From an uncultured virus (IMG/VR IMGVR_UViG_3300021478_000018) (taxonomy: Duplodnaviria; Heunggongvirae; Uroviricota; Caudoviricetes): 57,818 nt of DNA. Position 1 is the stretch's first letter. Every line of letters starts with the position of its first letter. The DNA lies in the IMG/VR virus record IMGVR_UViG_3300021478_000018. The stretch is one strand, 5' to 3'. The notes below the pieces were generated by a model. That model saw only the letters and a list, made by a program, of their open reading frames with translations. It was not told the DNA's origin and ran no database searches. Made by a program: the position numbers and the translations under genes. This document shows positions 12,444 to 21,945 of this stretch, one piece after another.

Positions 12444-13451
12444 TTACTTTTTCGCCCCCTCGTCCCATCCGCTAATCGTATGCATATCCTCGATATTTAA
12501 GGTTTTAAACGCTTCGATTATTTTCTGGTACGAGAGGTCGAAAACCGCGACCCATTCCGGGAAGTTCGGCGCTAATTCCGCCGGGAAGGAGGCCGGGACC
12601 GTTTCGAACGGGTAGGCCTTCTTCGCTAACTCGTGCCATCCGCTCGCCTTATTAAAGAAGCCCGCCTTCATTAAGACGCCCCGCTTCTTACCGTAAAATT
12701 TCGAACTCGCGGCGAAGATAAATTCGAGTTCAAGCGTAAGCCGGATATTGCGCTGGTTGTATAAGGAGTCGCTCTTCCAGGCCAGTAGGATACAGTCGGC
12801 TCCCGGAACCGCGTTTACCATTATTTTCTCCCGTTCCCATTCCGGGATCTTTTTCTCGACCCGGTCGAAGGTAAGATCCGAAAGATCTAAGGTCGCGGTG
12901 GGCCGGGCGACCGCTTCGTCCCATCCCGAGATCGTATGCATCGTCTCTACGTCCGGAGTTGTATAAAATAGGCGGTGAAAGATCTGGCGATAGACTTCTT
13001 CCATTACCGGATAAGCTCCCTCCTTCGGTAAATTCCGGAGTGCCATCTTATCGATCGGTCGGGAGGCGTAGGCGAGGAGGTTTTTTATCGCCTCCGGAAG
13101 CGACGATTCCCGGTCGGTTAGTTCCCGGAGTTCGCCGTAGCTCTTTAGTCCTTTTCCCCGGGGAATATCGATTACAAACGCGATATCGTTTTCCCGGGTC
13201 GTATAATTTCCCATCCATCTCATTACGATCCCCGGGACCGCCTCCCCCGGCTTTAACGGGTAATAGTCGCTATCGAAACTAACGAGGAGCCGGTCGTAGT
13301 CCGGGTTGTTATCGCAGTAGAGATCCTTCTTCCCGGCGAGATAGTTTAAGGCGTTATAGAACCCGGCCTTATCGAATTTAAGGGGTTCTTTCCCGTGCCC
13401 GTAGGCGCGGATCGTTAGACTCTCAGTTATTCCGGACGAGGAGCTTTTCAT
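12444..13451 (-). CDS. Two-module protein with two MHTISGWDE tags
   Basis: DVETMHTISGWDE internally and IEDMHTISGWDEGAKK* at the end; overlaps the polyprotein stop by 29 nt. Confidence 0.75.
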   Translation of the reverse strand: MKSSSSGITESLTIRAYGHGKEPLKFDKAGFYNALNYLAGKKDLYCDNNPDYDRLLVSFDSDYYPLKPGEAVPGIVMRWMGNYTTRENDIAFVIDIPRGKGLKSYGELRELTDRESSLPEAIKNLLAYASRPIDKMALRNLPKEGAYPVMEEVYRQIFHRLFYTTPDVETMHTISGWDEAVARPTATLDLSDLTFDRVEKKIPEWEREKIMVNAVPGADCILLAWKSDSLYNQRNIRLTLELEFIFAASSKFYGKKRGVLMKAGFFNKASGWHELAKKAYPFETVPASFPAELAPNFPEWVAVFDLSYQKIIEAFKTLNIEDMHTISGWDEGAKK

Positions 13452-16400
13452 CGGCGTCGATAATCGTTTTACTTTCGTCCCATCCCGAGATCGTATGCAT
13501 CGTTTCGATATCCGGGGTCGGAGTAAAGAAACCGATTACCTCCCGGTAAAGAGCGTCGAGTTTTTGGAAGTGGAAGTTGTCGGTATCCTTAACCGCTTTG
13601 TAGGCGACGTGACTGTAGAAGTAGAGCTTACTCTTGCGAGCGGCCCCCGACGGGGAATAGAGAATAAGGTCTTTTCGAATATCGTCTAAAGTCGGGAAAA
13701 ATTTTTCCTTACTAGAGCCGAAAGACATGCCTATGGTGAAGGTTCCGTGCTTAATACCGACGATATAGTTCGCGTTAAATTTCCCCTCCCTAATCTCCAC
13801 TTCCACGGTTAGCATTAAATGGAAGACGTACTTCCGTCCGCCCTTTCCGGGAACGGTAATCTTCGCTCCGACCTCCCCTCCCGTATTCAACCAGACGGAA
13901 TACTTATACCCCCACGGCCACTCGTCGTAATCCATCTGGACCGCGTCGCCTTTCGTTTCCGCCCATTTCTTTAATTTTTCGAAATCCGCCGGAGTAAAAG
14001 TCGAGCGGGAATTTACGCTCTCGTCCCAACCGCTCATCGTATGCATCGTCTCGACGTCCGGGACGGAATGGAAAAGACGGCGGACGATCTCCGAGTAAAA
14101 GGCCGAGAGCGGCGGAAGAGCGAATTTAAATTTCCGGGCCCGATTCCGGTTAAGGAGAGCTTGTTGATCGATTAAGGTAGGGAGCGAATTAAGCGGCTCT
14201 TTCGCGGTTTTTCCGTAAAGCCGGAGCGACATCGTAAAGCCGTGAAAGAAGAAGTAGCCGGTTGTAAATTTATTATCGTAGAAGATGAGTTGTAGTTTCG
14301 CTTCCCCGGTATCGCGGGTTATCTCGACGAGATCTCCTTCGAAAGCGGAGACGGTAACGCCGTCGGCGGTCTTCGCCCAGGCGACGACGTCTTTAAGCGT
14401 TTCCGGATCGACCGGATAGCCTTCTTCCGGGACCGGGAGATATCTTAGGACCCGCCCTTTCGCCTCTTCGTAAGGGCCGGTACTCTCGGTATCGATAACG
14501 ACTAAGGCGGGGAAGGATCGCGCCCCGAGGATCCGTAAAGCGTCGAAACGATGGCCCCCTTCGAGAATGTAGGGGCCTTCCTTATCGATAATAACGATTA
14601 AAGGATCGATCTCTCCGGAGGCTTTAATCCGTTCGGCGAGATCCCGCGTCCGCTTTTCTTCCGAGACGGAATAAAAGGAGAGTTTCCCCATCGAGTCGAA
14701 GGAGGAAAAGGAGACTTCGCGGATCCCTTTTAAGATTTCGTACTCGTTTAGGGAGGAGCTAATCGATCCCGTATTCGCGATCTTCTCCCCGACGGTCCGT
14801 CCGTCGACTTCCGGCCCGGCTAACGGATATTCCGAATCGTAGTTTCCGGTCCTCTCGGTCATCCGCCGGATTATCGCCTCGTCCCAGCCCGAGATCGTAT
14901 GCATCGTCTCGATCTCCGGGACGTCCGAGGCTCCGACGTTCGCCGCCCGGACGTCGTCGACCGCGACCTCGCCGTCGTAACGCCGGATCGGAGTGAAATA
15001 TTTAACCTTCGCGAAGAGGGCCGTTCCCATATTCGTTTTCTTCCGGACCCGACCGAGAAAGAGAGCCGGGTTTAGCGTCCCGTCGTCCCCGTTCCTTACG
15101 ACGACGTTCGTCCCTCGTTTTAAGGCGTCGAAAGCTTTAAGACTTAGCGGCTTCCACTCCTCCTCCCGGGCTTCGTCCCAGCCCGAGATCGTATGCATCG
15201 TTTCGATCTCCGGAGCCTTAACCTTCCGCATATTCTCGGCTTCCGTCCAAACGAACGTCGTCTCCGCCCCGTCGCTTTTCCGGCTCGCGTGGACGACCGT
15301 AAGACCGCGCTCGGTTTGCTCGACCTTATCGACGATCCAGATATGCTTATTATCCCAGACGAGATACTGGAACTCGTCGCCCGGCGCTAGCCGGTTAAAC
15401 TCCTCCATCGTCATATCCCCTTCCGGAAAATCCTCGTCGTAATCGCGACCTTCGTCCCATCCGGAGATCGTATGCATCGTTTCGATTTCCGGAGGAGCTT
15501 TGACCTCCTTAAAAATTTTTAAGATCTCCCGGTACATCGTCTGGAATTGTTCGAATAGTAAATCCATTCCCGCCGGTAACCCGTAGATATGAGGGAGCTT
15601 CGCCGGTAAACGGGGCGCGGGTACGGTCGCCGTCTTCCATTCTCCTTCGATAAAAGTTCCGAGAAGGATAAACTTTTCCCCGACGTAAAAATGTAATTCT
15701 AACGTTTGTTGCTTATTGCGGCCCGGCGTTAACGACGGCTCTTTAAAAATTACCCAAGACCAACCCCCCGGAAACGACCTCGAATTGGTATTCGAGACGG
15801 GATTAAAGGAAGCTTCCCGCCCTTTCCGGCTTCCTTTCCAACGAGCGATTACCGCTTCTAACTCGGGTAACGCCGCTTCCCAGAGATCCTCGGAGCCTTT
15901 CGTAACGGCCTCGTCCCAGTTTGAAACCGTATGCATCGACGCGATCTCGGGCGTCGGCGGGAAGAGGCGGCGATGGATCTCGGCGTAGAGCCCGGAAAGT
16001 TTACCGAGACTCGGCTCTTTCTTCCGGAATTTACGGAGCGAGTTAATCGTTACCGGACGGATTACCCCGCGTTCTAGCTCGACGAGCGCGGCGTCGAAAT
16101 CGTACTGCTCCGGATGGATAATAAAAGAGACGACCGTTTCGACGAATTGCGGCGGAAGAGCCCCTAATCTTCCCGAAAAGGAACGGGAACTCGCCCCGGA
16201 TTTCGACCGGGGAATCGCTAGCTCGAACCGGCAATAGGTTTTTAACCGTACCCACGACATCGAAATCCAAGCTCCCGGAAAGAGGGTACTCGGGATTTTT
16301 ACCCGGAACGATTCGCCGCTTCGCCCGGCGACCCGGATCGTTTCGCTTTCGAGCGACTTCTCCGCCCATTCCAACGTCGTCTTAAAATCCCGCTCCTCCG

Positions 16401-18450
16401 CCGTTAACGGTTCGCCGGATCTTTCGAAGAGAAGGACGTCGTTCGCGATTATTCCTTCGACGCCGCTCTCGTCCCACCCCGATATCGTATGCATCGACCC
16501 GACCTCGGGCGTCTTAACCTCCTTAAAGAGGCGGACGACTTCGACCCAGAGTTCTTTCCCTTCCGCGAACCGCTCGTCGCCGGTTATCCCTTCGTAGGTT
16601 AACGGGAACCGGTCGGGAAGGATTATCGTCTCCTCGGTTAGGTATTCGGGCGGTTTATCGATCTCTAGCTCGACCCGGATTTCGGCGATCTTCGGGGAAT
16701 TAACCGGGAGCGGGGTTAAGGCGATATTAAAGCCCGGGTCGCCTTCGGCCCGGTAAAGGGTAATACGAGCCGACTGTTCATGGAAAACGATCCGGGGGTC
16801 AATAGCGGAAGCCCGGTGACCAATGCGGCGCCAGTCCCGGTTCGTCATCTCCGAGAAATCCTCGGTCGGGTAACGCCGCGTCCCTTCGTCCCAGTTACTA
16901 ACGGTATGCATAGATCCGATCTCGGGCGGAGGCCGTAAAATAGCGAGGAAACCTTCGTAAGCCACCTTCATCCGCCGGTAAACGCTTCCGGGGATATTCT
17001 CGATCTCCGAAGCGGCCCCGACGTTCGTAATGTAGTCCTCGAAATGATCCGGGGCGGAGGCGTAATCGGGGCCGGGATGACCTTTTTCGAAGATGAGGTG
17101 GATTTCCTCCTGCCCGAAATAGAGTTCCGCCCGGGCGGCGGTATCGGTCGCCCGCCCCCAGTCGAAGGTAAACTCGTACCAGGCGCTCTCCGTCTCCCCT
17201 TTCCGGAAAAGAGCTTCCGCGCTAAATTCTTTCGGGAAATTCCTCCGGGCCCAGTCCGCCGCTCTCTTCCGGTTTTCGAGCGGTACGGTCCAGGTTTCCG
17301 TTAACCTCCGGCGGCTCTCGTCCCAGCCCGAGATCGTATGCATCGTTTCGATCTCGGGGACCGAGGGTCCGGCTACTAGGAATTCGAACATCTTCTTTAG
17401 AAGCGGCGCATAAGGGATAAGATGTTTCGCGGTACGGGAAATCTGTCGTAATTCCCGCCGTAGTTTTCCTTTTTCGCTCGCGCTCGCGAAATAGGTTGGA
17501 TCTCCGGCGGCGGCTTTTAGTAAACTCGGAGCGATAGTTAGGAGATCCTCGAAATCGGGGTCCTTTATCGAATCGAGAATTTCGCTTCGCGAATCGAGTG
17601 GGCTGATCATCCAGCGTTCCCTATTCACATTCAGAGAGGCATAAAAATCGTACTGGAATTCTTTCGGTTGACCGTCGAATTGCTGTACGGAGACCGTTAG
17701 AATCCGGAGCCCGTCTAAGGAGAATAGGTTTTTATCGCTTAGATGTAGAAGGATCTCTAAAAGGACCGGATTCGTCCGGGAAGGGATAGAAATAGAGGTC
17801 TCGACCCCTAACCAAAGACCTCCGCCCCCGCCTTTTATTTTCCACTTCTTCGCTTCGGCGGCGGACTTTAATTCGGCGATATTCCTGGGTGTTATCTCCC
17901 AGTCCACGCTTTCCGTTAACGTCCGGCTCTCGTCCCATCCGCTAATCGTATGCATCGTCTCGACCTCGGGCGCGTTTCCGCCGATTATCGCGACGGTCGA
18001 ATTATAGGCCTCCCGCATCTTCGGATAATCGGGCTCGGTTTTCGGGATCCGGGCGAGGGCGTAGCTCTGGGTCTTATTTAACATATGTCCGAAAAGGAAA
18101 CCGTAGAAGTTCGGGACCGAGATCCTCTTAATTAAGGCGTCGAAATCGGTATCGCCCCGGGTTAAATGAATTTGGGCGTCGATCCGGGTAACGTTTCTCT
18201 TTACGCCTAAAGGGACGGAGGGGAGGGAGAGATGAAACTCGGTATGATCGTCGCCGAAACTAAACGTCATCCATACTTCCCGGTCGGGAAAGCGGCTCGC
18301 GAAGGTAAGTTCGACCGCTCCGGTTTTTCCTTCGAAGACCGGATTGAAGGTGTAGACCTTAAACCCTTTCCGGTTTAAAAGGTCGACCGCCCGGACGAGA
18401 TCTTCGGTACTCGCGACGACTAAGGGTTCCGACGGTTTAAATAAGGGCAT
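13423..18450 (-). CDS. 1675-aa modular polyprotein with ten MHT(I/V/M)S(G/N)WDE tags; includes a ParB/Srx-like domain
   Basis: Ten tags counted in the translation, separating dissimilar segments; IDPLIV..YILEGGHRFDAL ParB-like motif. Confidence 0.85.
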   Translation of the reverse strand: MPLFKPSEPLVVASTEDLVRAVDLLNRKGFKVYTFNPVFEGKTGAVELTFASRFPDREVWMTFSFGDDHTEFHLSLPSVPLGVKRNVTRIDAQIHLTRGDTDFDALIKRISVPNFYGFLFGHMLNKTQSYALARIPKTEPDYPKMREAYNSTVAIIGGNAPEVETMHTISGWDESRTLTESVDWEITPRNIAELKSAAEAKKWKIKGGGGGLWLGVETSISIPSRTNPVLLEILLHLSDKNLFSLDGLRILTVSVQQFDGQPKEFQYDFYASLNVNRERWMISPLDSRSEILDSIKDPDFEDLLTIAPSLLKAAAGDPTYFASASEKGKLRRELRQISRTAKHLIPYAPLLKKMFEFLVAGPSVPEIETMHTISGWDESRRRLTETWTVPLENRKRAADWARRNFPKEFSAEALFRKGETESAWYEFTFDWGRATDTAARAELYFGQEEIHLIFEKGHPGPDYASAPDHFEDYITNVGAASEIENIPGSVYRRMKVAYEGFLAILRPPPEIGSMHTVSNWDEGTRRYPTEDFSEMTNRDWRRIGHRASAIDPRIVFHEQSARITLYRAEGDPGFNIALTPLPVNSPKIAEIRVELEIDKPPEYLTEETIILPDRFPLTYEGITGDERFAEGKELWVEVVRLFKEVKTPEVGSMHTISGWDESGVEGIIANDVLLFERSGEPLTAEERDFKTTLEWAEKSLESETIRVAGRSGESFRVKIPSTLFPGAWISMSWVRLKTYCRFELAIPRSKSGASSRSFSGRLGALPPQFVETVVSFIIHPEQYDFDAALVELERGVIRPVTINSLRKFRKKEPSLGKLSGLYAEIHRRLFPPTPEIASMHTVSNWDEAVTKGSEDLWEAALPELEAVIARWKGSRKGREASFNPVSNTNSRSFPGGWSWVIFKEPSLTPGRNKQQTLELHFYVGEKFILLGTFIEGEWKTATVPAPRLPAKLPHIYGLPAGMDLLFEQFQTMYREILKIFKEVKAPPEIETMHTISGWDEGRDYDEDFPEGDMTMEEFNRLAPGDEFQYLVWDNKHIWIVDKVEQTERGLTVVHASRKSDGAETTFVWTEAENMRKVKAPEIETMHTISGWDEAREEEWKPLSLKAFDALKRGTNVVVRNGDDGTLNPALFLGRVRKKTNMGTALFAKVKYFTPIRRYDGEVAVDDVRAANVGASDVPEIETMHTISGWDEAIIRRMTERTGNYDSEYPLAGPEVDGRTVGEKIANTGSISSSLNEYEILKGIREVSFSSFDSMGKLSFYSVSEEKRTRDLAERIKASGEIDPLIVIIDKEGPYILEGGHRFDALRILGARSFPALVVIDTESTGPYEEAKGRVLRYLPVPEEGYPVDPETLKDVVAWAKTADGVTVSAFEGDLVEITRDTGEAKLQLIFYDNKFTTGYFFFHGFTMSLRLYGKTAKEPLNSLPTLIDQQALLNRNRARKFKFALPPLSAFYSEIVRRLFHSVPDVETMHTMSGWDESVNSRSTFTPADFEKLKKWAETKGDAVQMDYDEWPWGYKYSVWLNTGGEVGAKITVPGKGGRKYVFHLMLTVEVEIREGKFNANYIVGIKHGTFTIGMSFGSSKEKFFPTLDDIRKDLILYSPSGAARKSKLYFYSHVAYKAVKDTDNFHFQKLDALYREVIGFFTPTPDIETMHTISGWDESKTIIDADEKLLVRNN

Positions 18451-18452
18451 TT

Positions 18453-18692
18453 TTAGGCGAACCCCGGTTGGTCGCGGTTAAAGTAAAAATCGCGGTTACT
18501 GTATTTGGTCGTACAGGGGTCGATATGAAAGAAGTAGAGCCAGTATTCGGCGACGGCGAAATGGCCCGCGCACTCGTTACAGAGGGTGAGCGCGGTATCG
18601 GTATCGAGAAATTCGAGCGGGACCGTCTTCCGGCAGACCGGACAGTTCCCTACTCCGGGCTTTCTTAATTTTTTAAGGGCGGTTACTTTCAC
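18453..18692 (-). CDS. Small Zn-finger protein
   Basis: CPVC..CNEC; co-directional and directly upstream of the polyprotein. Confidence 0.5.
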   Translation of the reverse strand: MKVTALKKLRKPGVGNCPVCRKTVPLEFLDTDTALTLCNECAGHFAVAEYWLYFFHIDPCTTKYSNRDFYFNRDQPGFA

Positions 18693-18744
18693 TCACTCCT
18701 CTTTTTCTTCCTCTAGCTACCCGAGGAGAATAAATACGAAAAAT

Positions 18745-19053
18745 ATGCCGAAGAAGATCCCGCCGAAAACGAACCATATTATCGTCGGATTTAGTTTCCC
18801 GTCCGAACGCGATCCCTCGGAAATGGTTACCGGAACGACCCGGTACAGTATCTGGTTGTCGATGTCGAGCCAGCTTTACGCCCGGTTCCTTACGGCGGCG
18901 GGCGTTAATCCCTCGAAATCGGAAGCCGAACGGTTCGCGACCGTGGCTTTTGAGTTGACCGATATTTATCTTAAAAAGCTCGATAGCGAGGTCGCGAAAG
19001 ATATCGAATCCTTTCCTCCTCCGCCGCCGGTCGCTTCGAAGAATTCCGCGTAG
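18745..19053 (+). CDS. Hypothetical protein
   Basis: Start placed at MPKKIPP (ATG 18745) after GAGGAG and an A-rich leader. Confidence 0.5.
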   Translation: MPKKIPPKTNHIIVGFSFPSERDPSEMVTGTTRYSIWLSMSSQLYARFLTAAGVNPSKSEAERFATVAFELTDIYLKKLDSEVAKDIESFPPPPPVASKNSA

Positions 19054-19079
19054 AGAAAGAAAGAAAGAAAGAGAGATGA

Positions 19080-19334
19080 ATGGCGAGGTATTACGTATTA
19101 CTCTCCGAAGTAGCTCGGAAAGCGCGTAAGACTTATGTTTGCTGTCATTGCGCGGAGCCGATCGTTAAAAATGAAAAATACATCTTTACCTCGATCGCGA
19201 TCGCGGGCACGGTCCAGGCGGACCGTTGGCATGAAGATTGCCGGGGCGCGGTCGAGCGCTGGGAAGAGAAAAATTGGCCCGGCTGGACGCCGGGAAAATA
19301 CCGGCGGGGGACGGTAAGGAGGCGGTGGGGGTAA
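19080..19334 (+). CDS. Small Zn-ribbon-like phage protein
   Basis: RKARKTYVCCHCAEPI..RWHEDC. Confidence 0.6.
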   Translation: MARYYVLLSEVARKARKTYVCCHCAEPIVKNEKYIFTSIAIAGTVQADRWHEDCRGAVERWEEKNWPGWTPGKYRRGTVRRRWG

Positions 19335-19356
19335 GGAAGCGGTTCTTATAGGAAGT

Positions 19357-20508
19357 ATGCGCATCGCAGCGATCTACTTTCCGACGTCGAGCGTCGGTGG
19401 GATTAATAGCGTTCTCGTCGCCCTCCGGAAGGCCGCCCTCGACGAGGGGGATACCTTCGAGGTTATCGAGTCCGGGATCCAGGCGACCGTCTCGGCGGGA
19501 AAATTCGCCGAACCGGTCTTAATCCGGGGCGGGGATACCTTTATTACGGTCCACGGTCGCGCCTCGCATCATCCCTCCCAGATCGCCGATACCCGCCGAT
19601 TTTTAGAGGAGAATTACGACGCTCTTTATTTCGCCTATCTCGTCCCCCATCCGACAAAGGACTACCTCGAACCTTTCTTCCTAGAGCTTTATACCGCGAC
19701 CCGGCTACCGAAGGTCGCCTTTATTACCGATGCGTACTGGGATACGTATGCGGAGTGGGGCGTCGAGGCGCTCCCCTGGGTAGCGAAAACGTTCGTTACG
19801 AACCCGGCTTACGCGGAGCCGATTATCGCCGCCGGGCATGCGGTCGAAGCGACGAATACCCCGTTCTACCCGTTACCGGTCGACCCGGAGATCGGGCGTT
19901 CGGAGGAGCCGTATGCCGTCTGGACGTCCCAGTGGAAGCAGATTAAGTCGGTAAATCAGCTCGTCCCGGTTATCCCGGCGATAAGCGAAGCGGTTAAGTT
20001 CGACCTTTTTAGTAACGGGATCCGTTACTATCAGTTCCGCTGTAAGAACCCCGAGAAACGGGATCCGCTCTATGAAGATTGGTACCGGGCGGTCGGGACC
20101 GATTACTTCGGCGGGCCGGAGTTTAACGGTTCGGGCCGGGCCGACTTCTACGGGTATCAGCCGCTGGAGATGATCCCGAATATTTTATCGGTCGCGTGGT
20201 GGATGCTCGACTGGCAGGGCCTCCATAAGCCCCGGCATAAGGCCTATGTTAACGGGAGCTATAATTGTACGGCGATCGAGGCTCTTTACTACGGGGCGTG
20301 CCCTCTACTGGCCGAACAGGCCCGTAAATCTTCCCTCCCGAAGGATACCTTCTTAACGATCGCGAAAGCGGAGGAAGCTGCGCCTTTACTCCGGGAGTCC
20401 GCCGAATTCGCGCTCGATCCCGATCGCCGGGCGCACGCCCGCGAATACGTTAACGACGTCCACCACGCCCGGATCCTTTACGGAAAAATTAAGAATGCTT
20501 TCGGCTAA
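19357..20508 (+). CDS. Glycosyltransferase (GT-B-like, divergent)
   Basis: N-terminal MRIAAIY..GGI and C-terminal CTAIEALYYGACP (ExxxxG motif of GT-B enzymes). Confidence 0.65.
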   Translation: MRIAAIYFPTSSVGGINSVLVALRKAALDEGDTFEVIESGIQATVSAGKFAEPVLIRGGDTFITVHGRASHHPSQIADTRRFLEENYDALYFAYLVPHPTKDYLEPFFLELYTATRLPKVAFITDAYWDTYAEWGVEALPWVAKTFVTNPAYAEPIIAAGHAVEATNTPFYPLPVDPEIGRSEEPYAVWTSQWKQIKSVNQLVPVIPAISEAVKFDLFSNGIRYYQFRCKNPEKRDPLYEDWYRAVGTDYFGGPEFNGSGRADFYGYQPLEMIPNILSVAWWMLDWQGLHKPRHKAYVNGSYNCTAIEALYYGACPLLAEQARKSSLPKDTFLTIAKAEEAAPLLRESAEFALDPDRRAHAREYVNDVHHARILYGKIKNAFG

Positions 20509-21076
20509 CGGCGATGACGGAGAAGGGACGCATCTTATCGTCGTCGAGCCCCACGCCGACGACGCTTATCTCTCGCTCCACGATCATCTTGTCCGGTGGA
20601 AGAAACGGGGTTTTACGATTACGATCTTAACGGTGCAGAGCGCCGTTAAAAACCGGGCCGCCGAAGCCCGGACCTACGCCGATACGCTCGGGGTAAAGTG
20701 GCTCGGACTCGGGTTCGATTACGGGGAGCTACCGGAAAAGATCGATTTCTCCCTCGTTCCCGGCGATTACTCGGAGACCCGCCGGATTATCTCCCCGCTC
20801 GGCCTCCAGCATCCCGACCATATCCATATCCGCCGGATCCTCCGGCCCGACCTCGTTTACTTCGATATCCCGTACGCTTTTAAGCAGAAGAACCAAGACA
20901 CCCTTAACGCCGCTTTAACGAACCGGCTCTTCGACTCTTTCTACGTCCCCCACCATTCTAAACGGGAGAAAAAATATTGGGGCGTCTTTAAGTCCCAGTC
21001 CGGCTTCTTTTTCTATAACGATCCGGTAACGCTTAGTAAGATGCCGGAGATAACGCTCGTTCCGGAGAGTACTTAA
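20495..21076 (+). CDS. PIG-L/LmbE family de-N-acetylase
   Basis: VVEPHADD and HPDH metal-binding motifs; overlaps the glycosyltransferase stop. Confidence 0.8.
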   Translation: MLSANGDDGEGTHLIVVEPHADDAYLSLHDHLVRWKKRGFTITILTVQSAVKNRAAEARTYADTLGVKWLGLGFDYGELPEKIDFSLVPGDYSETRRIISPLGLQHPDHIHIRRILRPDLVYFDIPYAFKQKNQDTLNAALTNRLFDSFYVPHHSKREKKYWGVFKSQSGFFFYNDPVTLSKMPEITLVPEST

Positions 21077-21088
21077 AAAGCAAGCGGT

Positions 21089-21268
21089 ATGCCCGAGCAG
21101 CGACAAGTACAGCGACGTCCTCCTTCGACGGTTCCTAGATCGCCGCTAGAGGGCGGCGGTCCGTCCGCGCCGGACGTCCGGAAACCGGATACCGAAGAGA
21201 TCCTTAGACGGTTACGGCGGGTCGCGCCGAACGCCGCGAAACGTTTCCGTCAACGCTCCGGCGAATAG
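21089..21268 (+). CDS. ubact: UBact-like prokaryotic ubiquitin-like protein (Pup-like)
   Basis: 59 aa, not in the ORF track; hand translation MPEQRQVQRRPPSTVPRSPLEGGGPSAPDVRKPDTEEILRRLRRVAPNAAKRFRQRSGE*; ends with the R[ST]G[EQ] UBact signature. Confidence 0.85.
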   Translation: MPEQRQVQRRPPSTVPRSPLEGGGPSAPDVRKPDTEEILRRLRRVAPNAAKRFRQRSGE

Positions 21269-21272
21269 GGCT

Positions 21273-21941
21273 TTAGTCGTCCCAGGCCGAGATCTCGTGC
21301 ATCGTCTCGACGCCGTAAATCCGGCTTCTTAGCTTCGGTTTCGGCGACCGCTTCCCGGTCTCTTTAAGAAAGACGGCGGCGAGGGCGATCTCTTCTTCGA
21401 GCGACGGTTTTGCGGAGAGTTTCCTTCGTCTCTCGTCCCAGCCGCTTATCGTATGCATCGTTTCGACGCTCGCCGGAGGGTTAAGCGCGTCGACGAACCC
21501 GTTAAAGACCCGTTCCGCCTCCGGGTAGACCGGGCTCTTTAGGAAAGCTTCCCCGATCTTCGCTTCGGCGTCCCGAGAACTCCGGCCCCGTTTCGCGATC
21601 CCTTCGGCGAGGATTTTAAAGTAATCCGGGACGTTCGGGCGTAAGACCCGACCGTTAACCGGCGGCGCGGTCCGAGTCCCGGTAAAGAGCTTAATTTCGG
21701 CGTAAACCCCGGGCGGATCCTCTTGTTCCTCGAAGCTAATCGCGACGACCTTATTTTTAAACCGGGCCGTCCCCGTCGGGGCCGGTCCGCCCCGGGTAAA
21801 GGTCGCCTCGGCGAACTCGTAACCGCCGGTCTTCTTCGAGATCGTAAAAACGTCGAGGCCGGGCCGCTTCTGCCCCAAGAGCCACTTACAAGCCTCCGAA
21901 AAGAATTCCAGAGGAATAACGTTCCGTTCCAGCCCGGCCAT
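21273..21941 (-). CDS. Hypothetical protein with two tags
   Basis: SVETMHTISGWDE internally, GVETMHEISAWDD* at the C-terminus. Confidence 0.75.
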   Translation of the reverse strand: MAGLERNVIPLEFFSEACKWLLGQKRPGLDVFTISKKTGGYEFAEATFTRGGPAPTGTARFKNKVVAISFEEQEDPPGVYAEIKLFTGTRTAPPVNGRVLRPNVPDYFKILAEGIAKRGRSSRDAEAKIGEAFLKSPVYPEAERVFNGFVDALNPPASVETMHTISGWDERRRKLSAKPSLEEEIALAAVFLKETGKRSPKPKLRSRIYGVETMHEISAWDD

Positions 21942-21945
21942 AAGT

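Noticed and set aside
12444..18450. Tag-encoding DNA repeats as CRISPR repeats or intein boundaries
   Set aside because: They are in frame, vary at synonymous sites and are hundreds of nt apart; no intein C/S..HN termini.
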